Positions 61,892-64,000 of a stretch of 64,000 nucleotides of DNA are shown here, piece after piece. Source of the stretch: a virus (taxonomy: Duplodnaviria > Caudoviricetes); IMG/VR virus record IMGVR_UViG_2917762859_000001; one strand, 5' to 3'. The translations under genes were made by a program, and so were the position numbers. The first letter of the stretch is position 1. Each line of letters opens with the position of its first letter. The notes under the pieces were generated by a model. It was not told where the DNA came from and made no database searches. It was given only the letters and a program-made list of their open reading frames with translations.

Positions 61892-62407
61892 ATGGTGTTT
61901 ACCTTAACCCAAATAACTGAAAATGATTGGGATTTTTTCAGAAAGTTATATGCAGATGCTGGGATAATGAGGTTTATTTCTGATCCACTAAATGAACAGC
62001 AAATTAAAGATGCCTTTGATAGCCGCCTGCCAGAATGGGATATAGAGTCTTCTCATTGGTTATGCTTTGTGATCCGAAGAAAAGTTGACGGGCTCCCAAT
62101 GGGGTTAACCGGCTTAGTAGTTCTTGATAATGTTGAACCTACAGCCGAGGTGGGATACATGATCGCGAGTGAATTTTCTGGTATGTCTTTGGCTACTGAT
62201 TCATTATCTGCCTTATTATCACTACCCGAACTATCTGCTATTTCGCGCTATCAGGCCGTGATCACGAGCGGAAACAATGCATCAGTACGCGTTCTGGAAA
62301 AAAACGGATTTACCCTTAAAGAGATCATTAAGGATAATTACACGATTGGCGGAGTTATGTTTGATGACTGTATTTATATGCTGAACAAAAAAACTGAGTT
62401 AAATTAG
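61892..62407 (+). CDS. GNAT acetyltransferase (RimJ/RimL family)
   Basis: AEVGY and NNASVRVLEKNGF motifs. Confidence 0.85.
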   Translation: MVFTLTQITENDWDFFRKLYADAGIMRFISDPLNEQQIKDAFDSRLPEWDIESSHWLCFVIRRKVDGLPMGLTGLVVLDNVEPTAEVGYMIASEFSGMSLATDSLSALLSLPELSAISRYQAVITSGNNASVRVLEKNGFTLKEIIKDNYTIGGVMFDDCIYMLNKKTELN

Positions 62408-62530
62408 TCAATAAATCTTAAAGGTCGCCATGTGCGATCTTTTTTCGTATATAGCCACCGCAAATCATCTAGTTTAATTACTGCTGAAATAAGGGATGAA
62501 ATTCATAAAAACACAAGGTGATCTACAAAA

Positions 62531-62905
62531 ATGAAATTCTTAGCTATTTTTTCGCTCTTATTCTCAACATTCGCAATGGCTGTTAATCAATGCAAGCCTG
62601 ATGATATTTGTTTATCTTTCAAAACGAGTAAAGGTGAGCTTTCTATTGCATGTAAAAATATAGAGTCAGTGGAAATTGCCACTCACATACAAGAAAATGA
62701 TTCTTTGGGAATTAGACTTAAAAATAATACTGAATTGAGTGATTTTTCTGTTAAAAATATCGGCCAAGTGGCAGATATTAATATTAATGGAATCAAGTAT
62801 ACTCATGCTGTCATTACATCTCGTATGGATACTTCTATTAGAATTACAATAACTTCAAACCCTAATTTTCAATTAGTAGATGATTTGATAAAGTGTGTTA
62901 ATTAA
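62531..62905 (+). CDS. Secreted hypothetical protein
   Basis: Signal peptide; NQCKPDDICL N-terminus. Confidence 0.65.
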   Translation: MKFLAIFSLLFSTFAMAVNQCKPDDICLSFKTSKGELSIACKNIESVEIATHIQENDSLGIRLKNNTELSDFSVKNIGQVADININGIKYTHAVITSRMDTSIRITITSNPNFQLVDDLIKCVN

Positions 62906-63004
62906 ACGTGATGCAGTAACCTAAATCTTCATGAAAAGCATAAACTATTTCATTATATTCAACAGTATACGAGTTTAATGAAAAGAGTATAAAAGGAATA
63001 AAAT

Positions 63005-63544
63005 ATGCCTTTACCTAACAGATTGAAACCAATAAAAACAAATAAAGCTAAACTTAATGAGTTGATCGATTTACTACAGAAGATAACTAATAAAATCGAT
63101 AATGGTGCAACTGAAAATGATCCTGATATTAAAACCATGATGGCAAATTGGAATGCAGAGGTAGTAACTCCTTGTGAGTTTTCAGATTTTCGTGATTATA
63201 ATTCTTGGACAAGTGCAAAGGAGTTTACAAAAATAGCGTTTAATCAGGTGAAATATCTGGGCGATCTGACTTATGAAGAGTTAATTAATATTGTTGATTT
63301 TATATGTTTAGCTGAAGGCAGTGAATCTGAACAATCTTACGCAATGAAGTTACTTGAGATAAACTTTAAATCCTTTTCTTCGGATCTTATTTATTGGCCA
63401 GATGAGTATTTTAATCTTGAAGAGGTCGATGATTTATCATCAGAAGAAATAGCGGCTTATTTAATGGAAGGATCTCATCGAAAATTATCTAATGCTCCAG
63501 AAATTCGATTAAAATATTTAATCGTTAAAGAGATTAACAATTGA
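63005..63544 (+). CDS. Orphan immunity-like protein (colicin/pyocin immunity-like C-terminus)
   Basis: LTYEELI..SDLIYWP..SSEEIA resembles Im-family proteins. Confidence 0.55.
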   Translation: MPLPNRLKPIKTNKAKLNELIDLLQKITNKIDNGATENDPDIKTMMANWNAEVVTPCEFSDFRDYNSWTSAKEFTKIAFNQVKYLGDLTYEELINIVDFICLAEGSESEQSYAMKLLEINFKSFSSDLIYWPDEYFNLEEVDDLSSEEIAAYLMEGSHRKLSNAPEIRLKYLIVKEINN

Positions 63545-63691
63545 TTTTTTATTTTAACAATAAATCAAGCGATTGATTTTATAAATAGATGAGGTTCTAT
63601 TTAAATAAAAGAAGATGAAAAATTGCGATATTCTTTAACTAAAATAGTTTAAATATTAAATTAGATAGCGCTAAATAATATTACTGTATTT

Positions 63692-64000
63692 TTATCTAAG
63701 ATTGCGGCGCTTCTTATTTCTTAATACAAAAATTTCATTTGATGACAACGTCGTTTCAGCACAAGCATTTAGCATTGGTGACATTATTTCAGGCGCAACT
63801 AACAAACTTTGTGGTGATATTCCTAATATTAAAGCAATAGCAATAAGCTGATCGACGGTTATTTTAAGATGCCCATTTTCCAAACGTGAATAGTGTTGCT
63901 GACTGATACCAAGCCTTCTTGCCATCTCGATACCTGTTATTTTTAATTGCTTTCTTTTCTGTTTAATTCTCTGACCTACAACAATATTAATTGAACTCAT
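63692..64000 (-). CDS. MrpJ-like XRE transcriptional regulator
   Basis: VGQRIKQKRK..GISQQHYSRLENG resembles the MrpJ SQQQFSRYE motif. Confidence 0.75.
   Translation of the reverse strand: MSSINIVVGQRIKQKRKQLKITGIEMARRLGISQQHYSRLENGHLKITVDQLIAIALILGISPQSLLVAPEIMSPMLNACAETTLSSNEIFVLRNKKRRNLR

Overview
Low-GC enterobacterial DNA, probably Proteus (inferred from base composition and an MrpJ-like regulator). It holds a tandem array of prophages integrated at a tRNA-Arg(TCT) gene; only 3'-half copies of the tRNA lie in the window (16403-16459 and 57163-57219). (1) 1-~16460: right part of prophage 1. Head and tail-tube genes are present, but the tape-measure/tail-tip block is deleted near 10135. 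A beta-propeller tailspike, two O-acyltransferase morons and a frameshifted holE/hot-like gene follow. (2) 16403-57219: an apparently complete ~40.8 kb lambdoid/HK97-like prophage 2 with xis at the left end and int at the right end. Its cargo includes a TPR+HEPN pair beside cI with a LexA box, tandem Met boxes flanking the putative origin, a cobalamin-independent methionine synthase behind two MetR sites, an anticodon-less tRNA-like RNA, and a Tcp-like chemoreceptor with a sigma-28 promoter. (3) 57220-64000: a decayed island of integrase and tape-measure fragments plus intact small cargo genes. All calls come from reading motifs by eye; no database searches were run.
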